A stretch of DNA of 37,512 nucleotides from an uncultured Eubacteriales bacterium. Its GTDB lineage: Bacteria > Bacillota > Clostridia > Christensenellales > Borkfalkiaceae. Of this stretch, positions 35,312 through 37,512 are shown in pieces. Each line of letters opens with the position of its first letter. Positions within the stretch are counted from its first letter, which is position 1. The notes beneath the pieces were generated by a model, which did no database searches, was not told the origin of the DNA, and saw only the letters and a program-made list of their open reading frames with translations. The translations under genes and the position numbers were made by a program. Where the stretch lies: assembly GCA_949745625.1 (NCBI GenBank), contig CATJZR010000084.1:1-37512 (forward strand). The letters run 5' to 3'.

Positions 35312-36568
35312 TTATTTTTTCGTTCTTGCAACCTTTACGTTATCTACCTTGCGTGAACGTAATTCTTTAATAGGGTGTTCGCTGTCTTCGTAACGGAAAT
35401 CTTTTCCAAGCCTATCTATAGCTTTTTGTATAACGAGGTGAGAGGGGTTTTTTTCGGGATTACCGGACATGTATTTCTGGTAATCGAAGTAGCGGTGATT
35501 GTCAGGAATTTTTTTTATCTCTTTAAAATCGCGTATTACCTTCGTATTGTCTGCAGTATACTGAACGGTATTGGCTAAAACTTTTCTTATATATTCCTTA
35601 TTTCCGCCAAGCTTTAAAAGTTTTGGAAATTCTCCGTTCCCGCAGAGTGATTCAAAGTTTCTGTTTTCATATTTTTTCAGCAGTCTTGCAGCAACTTTTA
35701 GGTGTGAAACTTCCATCTTGTAATGGTCCTTCCAAATTTTTTTAATATACTCGTCGCTTTCGTCCTGCATTGCGGAATAGTAGAGCCAGCATTCGCAGTA
35801 TTCGTGCATAACCCATTGTTCAAGCCATGTCATATTAGGGTCTTTAAGGCTTTCATACTGCGTAACGTGAGCTTCTTCAATCATCGCGATTTCTGCATAA
35901 AGTTTTCTGCCTAAATCGTTTTTATACCATTGGGCAATATTCATATAATAGTTCATAGTTTGCTGTTCAGCAGCTGTTATAGTGCTTGCAACAAGCTTGC
36001 TGTACAAATCTGCTTTCTCTGCGTCCATGTGTGGCGAAACGTCGTCGGAAGGATAGCGGTGTTCGGCTACGGTAGGACGTCCGGGCATAATTTCAGTATA
36101 TTTTCCGACAAGTTTTGCGGCATCGATATTTTTATCTGTTTTCAGCAAATTAGCAAAGCGATATAAATGGTCGAAGTCCTCTAAAAGCGCAAAATTGAGA
36201 GCCTGTATATTTGCTTCGTCATTATCGTGGCGCGCTAGGACTGCGGTAAGGTCGATTGCAAGCTGCTCATAAGCAATAGTGGTTTCCAAAATGCTTTCGT
36301 TTATAGGCTTTAAACAGCTTATGCGCTTTTGTTGCTGTTGTTCTTGCCTGCGCACGATTGCTAACGTGCTCAAAATTTCAGGAATGTCGCAGTGACGGGC
36401 AAAATTGTGCATAAACCATTGCGATTCAAACTCAGTGCCGTTCATAAGAATTACTCTGGTTTTTGTATAGGGTGATGTTTTTTCCTTATTGTAGCTTTTG
36501 GGATACATTTTTTTCAGCGGTAAAAAGCATTTTTCCAAACTTTTTGATTTCTCTTTTATGGGATTCAT
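35312..36568 (-). CDS. ferritin-like (di-iron carboxylate type) protein of unknown function
   Basis: 418 aa with SD GGAGG 6 nt upstream. Predicted helical, with the ligand-like pattern E...(LLEDFDH)...E(AAEQQ)...ExxH(IEEAH). No specific family recognised. Confidence 0.7.
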   Translation of the reverse strand: MNPIKEKSKSLEKCFLPLKKMYPKSYNKEKTSPYTKTRVILMNGTEFESQWFMHNFARHCDIPEILSTLAIVRRQEQQQQKRISCLKPINESILETTIAYEQLAIDLTAVLARHDNDEANIQALNFALLEDFDHLYRFANLLKTDKNIDAAKLVGKYTEIMPGRPTVAEHRYPSDDVSPHMDAEKADLYSKLVASTITAAEQQTMNYYMNIAQWYKNDLGRKLYAEIAMIEEAHVTQYESLKDPNMTWLEQWVMHEYCECWLYYSAMQDESDEYIKKIWKDHYKMEVSHLKVAARLLKKYENRNFESLCGNGEFPKLLKLGGNKEYIRKVLANTVQYTADNTKVIRDFKEIKKIPDNHRYFDYQKYMSGNPEKNPSHLVIQKAIDRLGKDFRYEDSEHPIKELRSRKVDNVKVARTKK

Positions 36569-36681
36569 TTTATGCCTCCGACTAAGTTGTATCCAAATAA
36601 AAAAATTTTTAAACTAATTTTAAAAATAATTCTCTAACGCTTTCCTTTTTGGTTAAAATGTGTTATATTATATTTATGAAT

Positions 36682-36756
36682 GCAGGTGTCGCCTAGCGGT
36701 ATGGCGTCAGCTTCCCAAGCTGATTTCGGCGGGTCCGACTCCCGTCACCTGCTCCA
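36682..36756 (+). tRNA. tRNA-Gly (anticodon CCC)
   Basis: 75 nt cloverleaf: acceptor GCAGGTG/CACCTGC, anticodon stem TCAGC/GCTGA with loop TTCCCAA, T stem GCGGG/CCCGT, discriminator T, encoded CCA. The T-loop reads TCCGACT. Confidence 0.9.
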
Positions 36757-36759
36757 GAC

Positions 36760-36782
36760 AGTCGGCTTGTCCGACTTTTTTT
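36760..36782 (+). terminator. rho-independent terminator after tRNA-Gly
   Basis: AGTCGG / CCGACT stem, 5-nt loop, 7 T. Confidence 0.85.
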
Positions 36783-36813
36783 ATACTTAAAATTCATTTG
36801 GGAGTGGTAACCT

Positions 36814-37512
36814 ATGAGGAACAAAATGAAAGAAATTTTGCTCAATATGCAAAAACATAATTCAACGGACATGGCTTACCAAACTTTCGGTTTGGCTTCT
36901 TCTACTATATATGACGCGTTGGTCATCGCTCCCGGTTGGAAGCCGACCGGTATATTAGACGATAAGCTGTTTAAAGTTACTGTTTTGGCTGTTCATTCTT
37001 ATATTTCGGGATATTTAGTTGAATGTGAAGGTTTAAAAATTGCTTGGGTGCAAATTGCCTCATCGGCAAGTAATTTGATTGACCATTTATCAATATGTGC
37101 CGAATTAAAATTTAAAAAATTAATTTTTATCGGTGCGGTCGGAGCGCTTAAAGCTAATTTTAATGTAGGGGATTTGTGTACGCCTGCTTATTGCGTTTCA
37201 GGGGTATTTGCCAATACGTATTTAAAGGAAAAATTATCGGATTTTATTCCGTTTGAAAAAGTATATCCTAAAATGAATTTTGTGGATAGGGTAATAGCAT
37301 TGGCGGACGGTTGCGGTATACAACTGAAAAAGGCAACGGTCTTTTGCACTGATTCGATTGCTTTGGAATATTCGCATTTAGATGAAATTAAAAGTTTTGA
37401 TACCGATTTAATTGAAATGGAAACAAGTTCGTTTTATCTGATGGCTGATTTACTTGAAATTCCCGCAGTCGCGTTGCTTGTTGTTTCAGATAACTCTGCC
37501 GTAAGCAATCCG
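36814..37512 (+). CDS. nucleoside phosphorylase family (PNP_UDP_1) protein, 3'-truncated by window end
   Basis: Open frame to the window end (233 codons). SD GGAGTGG upstream. The motif DLIEMETSSFYLMA resembles the (V/I)EME segment of DeoD/Udp/MTAN-type phosphorylases. Not in the ORF track because there is no stop. Confidence 0.7.
   Translation, partial: MRNKMKEILLNMQKHNSTDMAYQTFGLASSTIYDALVIAPGWKPTGILDDKLFKVTVLAVHSYISGYLVECEGLKIAWVQIASSASNLIDHLSICAELKFKKLIFIGAVGALKANFNVGDLCTPAYCVSGVFANTYLKEKLSDFIPFEKVYPKMNFVDRVIALADGCGIQLKKATVFCTDSIALEYSHLDEIKSFDTDLIEMETSSFYLMADLLEIPAVALLVVSDNSAVSNP

Noticed and set aside
36660-36860. 66-aa ORF from the track
   Set aside because: It overlaps the tRNA-Gly gene and its terminator in the same orientation and has no SD. 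It is spurious.
36569-37512. Possible genomic-island boundary at tRNA-Gly, with seemingly AT-richer flanking genes
   Set aside because: There is no integrase, no direct repeat of the tRNA 3' end within the window, and composition judged by eye is too variable to support the idea.

Overview
This window reads as a core chromosomal segment of an endospore-forming Firmicute, Clostridia-like by gene order. Genes are almost all on the + strand and tightly packed, and many are translationally coupled.

Gene order, left to right:
- MarR regulator plus a two-gene half-transporter ABC exporter.
- pro-sigma-K (uninterrupted), tyrS, a P-loop kinase-like gene, yigZ, recX, nnrD.
- A structured leader followed by a CaCA cation antiporter.
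- A solitary mazF, then lspA-rluD and a small membrane protein.
- DUF512 radical-SAM gene, der, plsY.
- A small divergent block: bPH membrane protein, cytidylate-kinase-like protein, mini-lipoprotein.
- A four-gene operon: TM1266-like small protein plus a NitT/TauT-type ABC importer.
- mscL, nrdR, ispG.
- A 510-aa PolC-like OB+exonuclease protein sitting where polC normally lies.
- The classical block rimP-nusA-ylxR-L7Ae-infB-rbfA-nrnA-truB-ribF.
- An Endo IV-like TIM-barrel protein, an M24 peptidase, efp, dtd.
- A minus-strand ferritin-like protein, tRNA-Gly(CCC), and a partial nucleoside-phosphorylase-family gene.

I see no CRISPR array, transposase, integrase, phage genes or recognisable multi-gene defence island. 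I cannot honestly point to a clear novel system.

The most unusual features:
1. The ABC importer operon has a substrate-binding lipoprotein that appears circularly permuted and is split by an in-frame TAG. It is headed by a TM1266-like ACT/NikR-C-like protein and preceded by a terminator-containing leader.
2. A mini-PolC occupies the polC slot.
3. mazF has no adjacent antitoxin gene but has an operator-like palindrome upstream.
4. A candidate Mn2+-type riboswitch leader lies upstream of the cation antiporter.
5. Several genes look like leaderless mRNAs.
6. The tRNA-Gly has a non-canonical T-loop (C at position 55).

All functional calls come from motif recognition by eye. No database search was run.
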